A DNA stretch of 64,000 nt from Tubiluchus corallicola (lineage: Eukaryota > Animalia > Priapulida). Shown piece by piece: positions 21,401 through 34,200 of this stretch (within the stretch, counting starts at the first letter, position 1; the number at the start of each line of letters is the position of its first letter). Location of the stretch: NCBI GenBank assembly GCA_030141605.1, contig JAQGDQ010000792.1, positions 31,272-95,271 of the forward strand, written 5' to 3'. The position numbers were made by a program, and so were the translations under genes. Under the pieces are notes generated by a model. It worked only from the letters and a program-made list of their open reading frames with translations, ran no database searches and was not told the DNA's origin.

Positions 21401-23407
21401 AAGCCAAATAGGTAATGAATAAGCAGACCTGTAGAAAAGAAATTGATACAGTAAATTATGCACTAATTATGTATTTAACAGAAGCCAAATACGTAATGAC
21501 TAAGCAGACCTGTAGAAAAGAAATTGATACAGTAAATTATGCACTAATTATGTATTTAACAGAAGCCAAATAGGTAATGACTAAGCAGACCTGTAGAAAA
21601 GAAATTGATACAGTAAATTATGCACTAATTATGTATTTAACAAAAGCTAAATAGGTAATGATTAAGCAGACCTGTAGAAAAGAAATTGATACAGTCAATT
21701 ATGCACTAATTATGTATTTAACAGAAGCCAATTAGGTAATGATTAAGCAGACCTGTAGAAAAGAAACTGATACAGTAAATTATGCACTAATTATGTATTT
21801 AAGAAAAGCTAAATAGGTAATGATTAAGCAGACCTGTAGAAAAGAAATTGATACAGTCAATTATGCACTAATTATGTATTTAACAGAAGCCAAATAGGTA
21901 ATGAATTAGCAGACTAGTAGAAAAGAAACTGATACAGTAAATTATGCACTAATTATGTATTTAACAGAAGCCAGATAGGAAATGAATAAGAAGACCTGTA
22001 GAAAAGAAACTGATACAGTAAATTATGCACTAATTATGTATTTAAGAAAAGCTAAATAGGTAATGATTAAGCAGACCTGTAGAAAAGAAATTGATACAGT
22101 AACTTAAACACTAATTATGCATTTACAAAAGTTTTTAATAAAGTTGTGTTGTTTTAACTATAAATTTTTTTGTGTATCAAAAAAGTACAAAGTAGTTTTG
22201 AAGTACAAAAAATATTTTTCTTTACCGCTTGTGGAAATTGTTGAGGGTCAGCTGCATCTCCCCCGACAATGAAATTACTTGTGTCGCTTCTCTTGAGTCT
22301 TCTGCCACCCCCGTCTAAGGCGAAACTTGTGTCACGTCTTACTCCTCCTCCATACCAGGGAAATCTTTCGTTAGCTGTAAAATCAATAGTTTTATACTCG
22401 TTGGCAACACGTGTTGCAAAGATGAATTCTTTTTTGTTCCTATTTGTGGAGTTAAAGAGCATTGCTGAGCCCACAGTGCAGTAACGTGTCATGTTTGTGT
22501 CAAAACTTTAATCACCTTCTGTTCTGTAGATGTAGGACAGATATTTTATTACATTTAAGACTTACTGCACAAATTTTCTTTCTTTTGTTTTTTGGTTTTT
22601 TGTTTTGCATTCATTATTTAACTACATTTTCGTTCATTTGCTGCATTTTAGTTCACTCGCTGCATTTATGATTTAACCAGATTGCTTGCTTTTTTGTTGT
22701 TGCATTCATGACTTGTTCAGTTGTTGTTTTAATATTTAACTGCATTATTTGCTTGCTTTTTTCCATTGGTATAATTATAATATAACTGCTTTGCATTTTG
22801 TTTATTTGCTACACTTAAGACCTAACCACGTATTTATTCACTTAACCATGTGATCTGCATGCTTTATAATATTTCTAAGTTATATAGGGGTGGCTGACTC
22901 GATGACCTCCTGGTCTTTCGCCACCCCATCTCTACACACTTTACATAATTTGTTGTATTTGCGCTATAAATATCATATTAGAGATAAATAAACCTTTGAA
23001 TTGAATTGAATTGAATTATTAATGAAACAGGATTCATAAAACCAGTAGAATTTGATAATACAAAATATATTTTGTGCCATTCAATTTTTATCAATCAAAT
23101 TGTACATTTCATCTGGGCGTTGTTTCACATTGTTGCGTGGCTATTGTTTACTATTATTGGTTAGTGAGGCCTGGTGAGTTGATTTATTGTGCTGTACTAA
23201 ATCTTGCAATGCTCAAAAACAAACTGATAGCTGATCATATGGTCAAACAACTGATTCATTTTCACCAAATAGATCGTTCGGACTGTAAAGCTGTCTTATT
23301 ATCTCTTTTATACAATTTTATTACTTCAATTACTTCAATTACTTACCAGTAACGGTTGCAGTAAGTGTTAACAGAAATACTGCGATGATGTTACACTCTT
23401 GGTGCAT
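12432..23407 (-). CDS. Secreted S1A (chymotrypsin-type) serine protease, 314 aa; exons 23407-23347, 22374-22226, 18726-18614, 17157-17137, 16431-16409, 15816-15637, 14858-14783, 14033-13904, 12623-12432
   Basis: Signal peptide [21 protein letters not shown], activation site F|IVGG, and motifs FCGGSII, LTAAHC, NDIALL, GDSGG, GVVSWG, PGVYT. The exons sum to 945 nt with consistent phases and GT-AG ends, and the catalytic triad is intact. Confidence 0.93.
12720..13010. repeat. Degenerate ~39-bp minisatellite
   Basis: Recurrent ataatgaagccatacagttgattaaaatttgaatt. Confidence 0.7.
13142..13876. repeat. 41-bp minisatellite, ~17-18 copies
   Basis: Unit ggtatcactttcaagtaaaataagaaaatcggtatgggttc. Confidence 0.95.
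15901..16110. mobile_element. GC-rich MITE with short GGCC-type ends; related inverted copy at 34939-35360
   Basis: ggcctatttcaagggggg...cgcttaggc matches the reverse complement of gcctaagcg...ccccccttgaaatagggcc, and the internal sequence is shared. It interrupts a copy of the LINE 3' UTR also seen at ~19003-19170. Confidence 0.7.
17250..18260. repeat. Compound pentanucleotide microsatellite (AATGT / GATGT / GATAT / AATAC / AACAC), ~1 kb
   Basis: Directly visible; the core is a perfect (AATAC)n of ~490 bp. Confidence 0.97.
18764..19903 (+). mobile_element. TTAA-flanked MITE family A (Kolobok-like) carrying an inserted LINE fragment
   Basis: Ends ttaaaggacaagagaa ... ttttcttgtactttaa. It is colinear with the uninterrupted copy at 50088-50751 except for the insert at ~18919-19375. 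Confidence 0.78.
18919..19379 (-). mobile_element. CR1/L2-group LINE 3' end
   Basis: IRT...G..S......LWNSLP..VK...SL..FK.KLK is a typical CR1/L2 ORF2 C-terminus, followed by a 3' UTR and a simple-repeat tail. Confidence 0.75.
19914..22128. repeat. 81-bp satellite array, ~27 copies, in protease intron 2
   Basis: Unit gatacagtaaattatgcactaattatgtatttaacagaagccaaataggtaatgattaagcagacctgtagaaaagaaatt, starting at 19914, 19995 and onward. Confidence 0.97.
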
Positions 23408-23914
23408 AATTGCAATGTTCACGTATGTATACTTGTCCTTTGAGTAAATTCATGTAGAATTTTTGCATAAACCAGGCTCGCTTGGTCCTCTTAAATAGTG
23501 CTTCCATTTTGCTTGACATTTGTGATTCATTTCAACCGGATCTCTAAAAAATGTAAGTGAGATCATGACAATATTTGTACAAGATGTAGGTATTGTTCTC
23601 CTTTTACAGGTGTGCCAATTTTGCCAAATAAAACGAAAATTTGATCGTCTTTCAATCGTGATAGCCATTACTTTCTCTTCGTTGCACTTTGATGAGTCAC
23701 CAACCGCGTCGAGAACATCGCTAGTATGGCGGCTCTCGAGTAAAAGTGTTTATTCAAGGTTGCATGGATCCACCCTTGAAAACATGTTTCATGGTATACA
23801 TTTAACTCTGTGTAAACTAGTTTTGGATTCATTCTCAAATAGCCGTGTTATCACTTGTATATAGGCTTCCTTCTCAGAAGGTATATATAGTTGTAATCGT
23901 GCCAAAAATTTTCC

Positions 23915-23964
23915 TATTATTATTATTGTTATTATTATTACTATTATTATTATTATTATTGTTA

Positions 23965-24032
<68 letters not shown>

Positions 24033-24047
24033 ATTATTATTATTAAT
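23915..24047. repeat. (ATT)n microsatellite
   Basis: Directly visible. Confidence 0.95.
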
Positions 24048-24049
24048 AT

Positions 24050-24410
24050 TAGCATTTAGTTCTATTTTTCACTGCCTAAAACGTAACATTTAGCTCTATT
24101 TTTCTCTGCCTAAAACGTAACATTTACCCCTATTTTTCTCTACATAAAACGTAGCATTTAGCTCTATTTTTTCTCTGCCTAAAACGTAGCATTTAGCTCT
24201 ATTTTTTCTCTGCCTAAAACGTAGCATTTAGCTCAATTTTTCTCTACCTAAAACGTAGCATTTAGCTCAATTTTTCTCTGCCTAAAGCGTAACATTTAGC
24301 TCTATTTTTCACTGCCTAAAACGTAGCATTTAGCCCTATTTTTCTCTACCTAAAACGTAACATTTAGCTCTATTTTTCTCTACCTAAAACGTAACATTTA
24401 GCTCAATTTT
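24050..24410. repeat. 34-35-bp minisatellite, ~10 copies
   Basis: Unit tagcatttagctctatttttctctgcctaaaacg. Confidence 0.92.
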
Positions 24411-25007
24411 AGACAAATACGTACTGTAGACTAGACTCCCGAAGTTTGAATTACCCAACTGTACGGCTCTTTTATTTGCTTCTTCCGTGAATTCGTTTAA
24501 CTAAATCTTGTAGCATTTTGTTCATTTGTGCTCTCTCATAGGAAACAGATTACTGGTAAATATAACACGCAGGGTTCTGCATAGATTTCAAGCAGTAGTG
24601 ACTTGAAATACTTTCACACTTAACACAGCACAACTGCTTTATGTGGTAAGACATTATAAATATATTTTACAAAACACTAAAAAAAACTTTTTAAGATTTA
24701 AAACTGATTTAAATATAAAACAAAACAAACGAACACTATATCAAAATAGATTATTTATTTTTGATTACATATCATTTTTCTTATCATTTATATCATTTAT
24801 ATAATATAAATATTATATTTATATCATCACAATGTTTCCACTGCACATTTACCATATTATTAGCTGAAGATGGTTCCTACTGTGCAGTGGAATTTTTCAT
24901 TGATTTTTAAAGAAAAATTGATATGAAATTCCCTGATATAGTTGAAAATTCATCAAACTAATAAATTGCCTGTAAATTTATTAAAAGTTTGAATTTTTAA
25001 AAGAAAC

Positions 25008-25720
25008 TGAGCAGTAGCCTTACGTTTGACTTGATTTCACCAAAAATATCCGGTATATGTTTGGACAGTTGGTCATACATTACAGAGATGAGTAGTAGGC
25101 CTACATTTGACTTGATTTCACCAAAAATGTCCGGTATATGTTTGGACAGTTGGTCATACATTACAGAGATGAGTAGTAGGCCTACATTTGACTTGATTTC
25201 ACCAAAAATATCCAGTATATTTTTGGACACTTGGGTCATATATTAAGAACTGAGTAGTAGGCCTACATTTGACTTGATTTCACCAAAAAGATCGGTATAT
25301 GTTTGGACAGTTGGTCATACATTACAGAGATGAGTAGTAGGCCTACATTTGACTTGATTTCACCAAATATATCCGGTATATTTTTGGACAATTGGTCATA
25401 CGTTACAGAGATGAGAAGTAGGCCTACATTTGACTTGATTTCACCAAAAATATCCGGTATATGTTTGGACAGTTGGTCATACATTACAGAGATGAGTAGT
25501 AGGCCTACATTTGATTTGATTTCACCAAATATATCCGGTATATTTTTGGACAATTGGTCATACGTTACAGAGATGAGTAGTAGGCCTACATTTGACTTGA
25601 TTTCACCAAAAATATCCGGTATATGTTTGGACAGTTGGTCATACATTACAGAGATGAGTAGTAGGCCTACATTTGACTTGATTTCACCAAAAATATCCGG
25701 TATATTTTTTGGACACTTGG
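25008..25720. repeat. 81-bp tandem array, ~8-9 copies
   Basis: Unit gagtagtaggcctacatttgacttgatttcaccaaaaatatccggtatatgtttggacagttggtcatacattacagagat. Confidence 0.95.
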
Positions 25721-25895
25721 TCCACAAGTTACAGCATATTATGTTCCTTCAACCACCTTGTTCACAAGTTCTAAAAAGACTTTTCCAGTGTGCATACTAC
25801 TACTCGCAATCCCTCTACCAATTATTCCACTAGACCATCACATATAGCACCTAAAATTTTAAATACAACCATTGAAATCCGTAGCACGAGTCACT

Positions 25896-28102
25896 TTAAC
25901 CTCGGTATCCATTATACCCTGTACCTGGAGGAGCTCTTGAACCAAACGAACTTGGACTTGAGCTGCCAGGGACGTTATGGTACAAAGACTGCTGAATACC
26001 CATCTGGTCAGCTATGCCACTATCAATGCGAGCAAGAGAATCGTGGACCACACTGTCGTCCGGTAGAGGGCGCGCAGGCTGTGACCGAGGTTGATTGGTT
26101 GGAGGAAGGTTGAAGTTGCTGCCGTGCTTATAGCCATTAGCTCCGTAAACCTGGGGTTTAGGGCCTTTAAAGGACACGTCATATCCACTGGGACTTGCCT
26201 GATGGGACACGCCGGTGCCAGGGACATATACGCTGTCGTAGTATCGGTCGTTGGGCGTTCTCTGCCCGTAGTGGTCATTAACGCCCTCTTGGAATGTGTA
26301 CTGCGGTTCCCTTGATGCCTGTCCATTGGGCCGCCGAAGTGGTGCCCTAACTCTGTAATCTAAAGGTCGCTGTGCATTCTGACCACTGTAATTATTTTGA
26401 TGTTGCCGTTGTCCCTGGTATTTATTCTGGTTCTGGTAATTATTCTGGTTCTGGTAATTATCCTGGTTCTGGTAATTATTCTGGTTCTTGTAATTATCCT
26501 GGTTCTGGTAATTTTCCTGGTTCTGGTAATTATCCTGGTTCTGGTAATTATTCTGGTTCTGATAATTATTCTGACCTTGATAATTATTCTGACCTTGATA
26601 ATTATTCTGATCCTGGTAACTATTCTGACGCTGACGTTGATTCTGAGGCCTGTTCACTCTATTGTTATTAATTCGCTCAGTGTTGCTGCTTTGGAAAAAC
26701 TGCTGATGTTGAATGTTTCCCTTGCTACTACTCTCCTCTCGTCGGACATTGTAACCATCGGGTCCAATCCTTTCTTCTCTGATCGGTTTAGGTTGATCAG
26801 AGAAGAACTGCTGTGTGTTGTACCCACCTTCCACTGAACTAGATGTGTATTCTGGACCTTCTTGAAACTGACGCCGTACGAACTCTGACGGTTCTGAGTT
26901 TTTACGATTCTTCAACGGACGTCTCCTGTTCTTTCTTCTGTTACGTCTTTGGATGTGCTCGTTCTCCAAAAATGTCTCCACGTTCGTCTTTTTCAACCCG
27001 TAACGCAGAGGAAACTGTGAGTTGTCGTCACGATTCTTTGTCCTTAAGCCTATATTTAAGGAAGCGGCGTTGTCGTTCTCACCTGTTAAATCCTGGAGTT
27101 GTTCTTTCGGTAAGTATTTCTTAAGGACCTTCTTCTGGGCAAGTTGACGATTGTCCTTTTCTGGCCCTTCACTCAGCTTCATCATCTCTTCAATGCGGGC
27201 AAGAGCGCGGTAGACGTCCACGCCTTTGAATCGTCCCGAAACTTTTGCAGGCTCTGCAGACACTTTCGCAGGAGTTTTGGGACCAAGCAGGTGCTCTTGA
27301 TATGGCGATTCCACACCAGGCTGACCACGTATCCCGGGAACGGGAATGCCTTGACCGTTAACTTTTCCCCTTTTTCCACCGCGAGGCTGAAAATATTCAT
27401 AAAACATTATATTTTTTATGTAAGCTAAGCTGTCTTGAAACTTGCTGTTAAATTGTTGGCAATTAAACGAGGGTGTTGAGACCCTATGAATCTCCTATAA
27501 TAGAAAATAAATTGCTAGTAGATTTACAAACTTTTAGTCATGAAAAAAGTATTGAAAACAAAAAAACGGTGTTCACATTCACGTGTTTCCTGTTGCTGTC
27601 AAAAAACGACAGACTCGCCAGACTTAAGATTTCTCACAAATCATTAAAAATGGATACTTCATGGAGACGTCTAGGAAATCCTGTATAGAAAAAAAAGTAC
27701 GGAAACTTTTTTCAAAAGAAATATTAAATCGTGTCAAAAAACTCCTAGTAGACAAATCTTAACTTACTAGACTGTAACAATTAAATTATTATTATTGTTG
27801 TTGTTGTTGTTGTTGGTTTTGGTGGTGATGTTGTTGTTGTTGTTGTTCTTGTTGGTGATGTTGTTGTTGTTGTTGTTGTTGGTGATGTTGTTCTTGTTGT
27901 TGCTGGTGATGTTGTTCTTGTTGTTGTTCTCGTTGTTGTTGTCGTTGTCATTGTCGTTGTCGTCGTCGTCGTCGTCGTCGTCATCATCATCATCATTATT
28001 ATTATTATTATTATTATCATCATCATCATTGTCATTGTCATTGTCATTGTCATTGTCATTATCATTATCATTATCATTATCATTATCATTATCATTATCA
28101 TT

Positions 28103-28141
<39 letters not shown>

Positions 28142-28207
28142 TTCATCACTATCACTATCACTATCACTACTACTACTACTACCACTACCACTACCATTAT
28201 CATTACC

Positions 28208-28242
<35 letters not shown>

Positions 28243-31200
28243 CATTACTATTATTATCATCATCATCATCATTATTGTTGTTGTCATTATGATGATCATT
28301 TTCATTATCATTATCATTACTATTATCATTACCATTATCATTATCACTAGTACTAGTAGTACTATTACTACTCCTTACTTGAGCATAATATATACAGTTC
28401 TATACAATTATATATTAGCCCTCTATTAGCAATGCTATAACAGTTAAAAGTGTTTAACAATTTACAGTATCTATGCTAGCAATCTATTGGGGGGGGGGTC
28501 ATTATCTGCTTAACTGCCAAAGATGTCAATTATCTAAAATTAATTAATCCTGTTATGTTAACGACCAAATAAATTGACCATCAAAATATTAGCAAAATTC
28601 TCGTTTAATGCGATTTATCAATTTACATTGAAACAACAGGTGATGAGGAGTCTGCCTCCCCTCTAATTACTTTTTAATTGATTAACGTAGGAAGCCATTA
28701 AAAATGACTTAACCTGCTATAAAGGTGAAGGCCAAACCTAAAGTTTTCTGTTTCCTCTCTGTACTGGACTATTCAAATGAGCCGTACTTCATGAGTTTGG
28801 GCAAACTGCAGATGCTGTTGCGAAGGTGAATTCAATTCATTTAAATTCAATTCATTTTATTAACTCGGAAAGAATTATCTAATTACAGTACAAAACGATA
28901 CATAGGCCATATGGAGGCCGATACACTCATGATTTGGAAGGTTTACTCTTCTATACATGGCCGTTAGGTCACTTGACCTCCTGCTTGACCTTGACTCTTA
29001 ATTACACGCCAATATACACACTAGTATAGCATATAATTGCTCACAGCGACATCTTTGCCAAAAACTTTAATTATCGCTTAAAGGGCACAAACGTTTTTAC
29101 ACTAGAATTATTAATACAGAACTTTTTACTCGATGTAAGTCATTAAAAACTACCACTAAAACTTATAATCCAGAGAAAATATTCATTTGCTGTGCTGTAA
29201 CTGCTATTATGAAAGGGCGGGCCCAGGCCCTTTAAGCCCACACCCTAAATCCGCCACTGGTGTGTAAGTACAACATGGCTAAAGTTGCTTTCCTTTTTGG
29301 TACTGATTCATTAACAAAATTGTATTATTTGGACAAAACATGCAAATAAATGGTAAATAAATAAACAGATAATGACCCGGCAAGTACAAACTTTGGCATG
29401 TAATAGTAAGACCGATGTAACGATCTGACATCTGCGGGTAGTTTGTTTGATCGAAGTTAGTCGCTGGGTAACAATTTGACTGGCCTGACCGAGCTAAAAG
29501 GGCGACCGGCAACGAGACAAAGTCTTAATTGTCACCAAACTTTGTGGAAATCGCTACCACCAAAAACATCTGCCCACTCAGTTGTCCAATAGTTTCAGAC
29601 CTCATGGACGAAGTCACCATACGTTATAACTGACTACGTGGACAATACTGTTTGCACGTCATATCAGTCTACGTGCCGTACCTGGAGTAGAGTTGCTGAC
29701 CTCTTTTTGATACCTGCGAGAGTAGACGTAGGCATAGGTATACGCTGGCTTCCTACAGCTATCATTACAAGCGATTAAACTGGCCCTCCCGCAGTACTTA
29801 CTAACCTTGGCTAATGGCCATTATCGTTTATAGGCTATAGAAACGATCTTTTTAATGCTAATGTTATTTTACTTCCACATTTGAACAAAAGGTAGAATAC
29901 ATAATGATATGCACAGCATAGAAGGGCCAAAAATGAGTAGAGTTTGTGTTTGTTTTCTTTCCAAACTCTGCAACTGGGATGACCAACCAACTGACAGACC
30001 AACTGAACAAACACCAATTTATGTGGGAAGCTGCGATGGACGTTACAACCGACTAAACGAGTTTTAGTCGCAAACGTTTAATGGACTAGCCTATTACAGA
30101 CTAAAAAGTAATCTCTTATTTTAGCATTGACATACCAAATAAGGTCTACTTTACACCATTTTCTTTAGGCCTATGACAGTAAGTCTGACCTTTAGTCACT
30201 AACCTTAGAATCAGTATAAGGAACAAGAAAATAATCTCCTTTATCGATGACTGGTGCTGCTGGATCGTCCTTATTTTTCCCACGAATTTTGGGAAGGGAA
30301 TTATCCTTTTCTTTTGATTTTCTTTTCAGTATCTGCAAATATCCGCCTGGCAAAAGCAACTGAAAAATAAAATGGTTTAAAAACTTTACATGATGGTTTT
30401 TATAAAGTGTAAAATATTAATGTCTACCGTCAAAAAAAGTGAATTTTTGGATTTTTTAATTATAGAGTGTAAAATATTAATGTCTACCGTCAAAAAAGTG
30501 AATTTTTGGATTTTTTAATTATAGAGTGTAAAATATTAATGTCTACCGTCAAAAAAGTGAATTTTTGGATTTTTTAATTATAGAGTGTAAAATATTAATG
30601 TCTACTGTCAAAAAAGTGAATTTTTGGATTTTTTAATTATAGAGTGTAAAATATTAATGTCTACCGTCAAAAAAGTGAATTTTTGGATTTTTTAATTATA
30701 GAGTGTAAAATATTGTCTACCGTCGAAAAAGTGAATTTTTGGATTTTTTAATTATAGAGTGTAAAATATTAATGTCTACCGTCAAAAAAGTGAATTTTTG
30801 GATTTTTTAATTATAGAGTGTAAAATATTAATGTCTACCGTCAAAAAAGTGAATTTTTGGATTTTTTAATTATAGAGTGTAAAATATTAATGTCTACCGT
30901 CAAAAAAGTGAATTTTTGGATTTTTTAATTATAGAGTGTAAAATATTAATGTCTACTGTCAAAAAAGTGAATTTTTGGATTTTTTAATTATAGAGTGTAA
31001 AATATTAATGTCTACCGTCAAAAAAGTGAATTTTTGGATTTTTTAATTATAGAGTGTAAAATATTAATGTCTACCGTCAAAAAAGTGAATTTTTGGATTT
31101 TTTAATTATAGAGTGTAAAATATTAATGTCTACCGTCAAAAAAGTGAATTTTTGGATTTTTTAATTATAGAGTGTAAAATATTAATGTCTACCGTCAAAA

Positions 31201-34200
31201 AAGTGAATTTTTGGATTTTTTAATTATAGAGTGTAAAATATTAATGTCTACCGTCAAAAAAGTGAATTTTTGGATTTTTTAATTATAGAGTGTAAAATAT
31301 TAATGTCTACCGTCGAAAAAGTGAATTTTTGGATTTTTTAATTATAGAGTGTAAAATATTAATGTCTACCGTCAAAAAAGTGAATTTTTGGATTTTTTAA
31401 TTATAGAGTGTAAAATATTAATGTCTACCGTCAAAAAAGTGAATTTTTGGATTTTTTAATTATAGAGTGTAAAATATTAATGTCTACTGTCAAAAAAGTG
31501 AATTTTTGGATTTTTTAATTATAGAGTGTAAAATATTAATGTCTACCGTCAAAAAAGTGAATTTTTGGATTTTTTAATTATAGAGTGTAAAATATTAATG
31601 TCTACCGTCGAAAAAGTGAATTTTTGGATTTTTTAATTATAGAGTGTAAAATATTAATGTCTACCGTCAAAAAAGTGAATTTTTGGATTTTTTATTTATA
31701 GAGTGTAAAATATTAATGTCTACCGTCAAAAAAGTGAATTTTTGGATTTTTTACTAAAAATACTCTGATATGAAGCACAGTAATAAGACAAAAACGGCGT
31801 GCTGTTACATTTCTCCGTCAGTGGCGGCTCGTGTACAGGTACTGTGGAACTGCAGCACCCCCTATTTTCACTCAATATTATCAATAATATTGAATATAAT
31901 AAGTCGTTTTTCTTTAGTTATTTCTTTGTACCTGTACGGAAGCAGAGCACGGGAGGGTAGTACTGTTTGTTTCACAGCCCAGCACAATGCGCTCCCGCAA
32001 CGCGGTGTTTGACTGTTGTGCGCATGCGGCCATGCGCACATGTCTGAGCCCAGGTAGAGAAAGTATTGTCGCTCATGCAGTTTGTCGTCAGTTGTCACGT
32101 GCTTACCGTGAATGAATCAAGCTTGAGCTGTGAGAGTTGAGGCTATTAGTAAGCAACAGATATTTTTTGTTTAGGATTTTATCAAGTTTATGTATAAACT
32201 TTCATATGTTTGTTTGTTTCCACTAATCTTCACTATGAGGCGCCACTGTTCTCCGTGCCTTTTTTGGTATTTTGAAAGTTTTCTGTGTCCTGCGTTATCT
32301 GTTTTCACCCACACACATTTGCTTGCCTTTTTTTGGCAATTTATAAGCATTTTTCAGTCAAGTTATTGAATTTGAAGGAAACGCAAAGACTACTGGGAAG
32401 TTGGATGTTAAGAAAAGACAGAAATTTGAAGAAAAATTTGATACTTTAAAGTGGGAGAAGCGCTGAATGTCAGATGTTCATAAATTACCCTTTCTTTAGT
32501 AACCAAAACCGAAAAAGCGTGAGTAGAAAATGAAACGTGTTCATGTATAGAACAGTCATGTGTAGAACATTCATATATATAACGTATTCATGTATAGAAC
32601 ATTCATGTATAGAACGTATTCATGTATAGAACAATCATGTATAGAACATTCATGTATATAACGTATTCATGTATAGAACATTCATATATATAACGTATTC
32701 ATGTATAGAACAATCATGTATAGAATATTCATGTATATAACGTATTCATGTATAGAACATTCATGTATTGAACATTCATGTATAGAACTTATTCATGTAT
32801 AGAACATTCATGTATAGAACGTATTCATGTATAGAACATTCATGTATAGAAAGTATTCATGTATAGAACATTCATGTATATAACGTATTCATGTATAGAA
32901 CATTCATGTATAGAACGTATTCATGTATAGAACATTCATGTATAGAACGTATTCATGTATAGAACATTCATGTATAGAACGTGTTCATGTATAGAACATT
33001 CATGTATAGAACGGTCATGTATAGAACGTATTCATGTATAGAACATGTTCATGTATAGAACGTGTTAATGTATAGAACATTCATGTATAGAACATTCATG
33101 TATAGAACATTCATGTATAGAACATTCATGTATAGAACATTCATGTATAGAACGGTCATGTATAGAACATTCATGTATAGAACGTGTTCGTGGTCACAGT
33201 AAACATTGTCATTATGGGTCAGTTCTGGGCCATTACTGGCATTACGGCATGTACGGTATTGGCCCAGTATAGGCGAGCTAAAACCGGTAATCAGGCCAGT
33301 AACTTGCCTGTAGCGTGTCACAAGCGTGTTTGCATGTCGTCAAGTCAAGACATTTCCTGTGCATGGGCTCATGAGCTTGGCTAATTGCAGCAGATAAACT
33401 TTAAAGTCAGCAATGAAAGGATACATAGATTTGTTAAACAATGAGTTGACACAGCGTGTTTTACAATTCCTAGGACACGGTTGCTGGTTCTCGTGTTGCT
33501 GCTTTTTTATCTGCATGTCTTGGCATGGAAACAACAAATTCGGTAGGGATCAAGTGCACATTAGCAAGCAGAGAATACGTTACATCAATGAAACTGAAAG
33601 AATAAGATTGCAAGCGGAACATGTGTTTGTACTAGGAAGAAGTCATCAAAGAGTTGGATTAGGAAATAAAATGTTCTACTATGCTTCTATGTATGGTATT
33701 GCCCGTATGAATAACATGAAACAAAGCGTTATGCAAGATGATGAAATAGTGTCTGTATTTCCTAAACTCAACGCTACGCAGCTCACTGATACAGACTTTT
33801 AACAGGGTAATTTTCTTAAGGTGACTGCTAGAAGCTGTTGTTCGTATGATCCCATCATGGAACAGTTGCCACGCCGTTGTAATACATCCATTGGAGGGAA
33901 AATACTAATTTCCTATCGTTATTTCCATCATGTTAAAGAAGAAATTCAGGCTCAGTTTCAATTCCCAGTCCAGACAATTTTGCGTGCTCGAACTTTGGTA
34001 GCAAATCTGTGCTCAGTTAAAGAAATTCCTAATTGTCACATAATTACAACAGTGGGAGTGCACGTACGAAGGGGAGACTTCAAATCTCCCAGGTCACGTA
34101 AATATGGACGGCGTATATCGAGTGTTGATTATATTAAGCGCGCGATGAACTTTTTCAAAAGCAGGTATCAAAATGTCGTATTCATAGTGGCTAGTGACGA

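Noticed and set aside
24997-25833. 27-aa repeat ORFs
   Set aside because: An 81-bp satellite, open on both strands and broken by indels.
26372-26837. Plus-strand (SGNYPG)n and hydrophobic ORFs, and similar antisense ORFs over proteins B and C
   Set aside because: Shadows of the minus-strand repeats; only the minus frames have signal exons and splice sites.
29681-29755. Possible extra exon of protein A (...GIKKRSATLLQ|gtacgg)
   Set aside because: Its acceptor gives phase 1, incompatible with the phase-0 upstream exon unless another unseen micro-exon exists.
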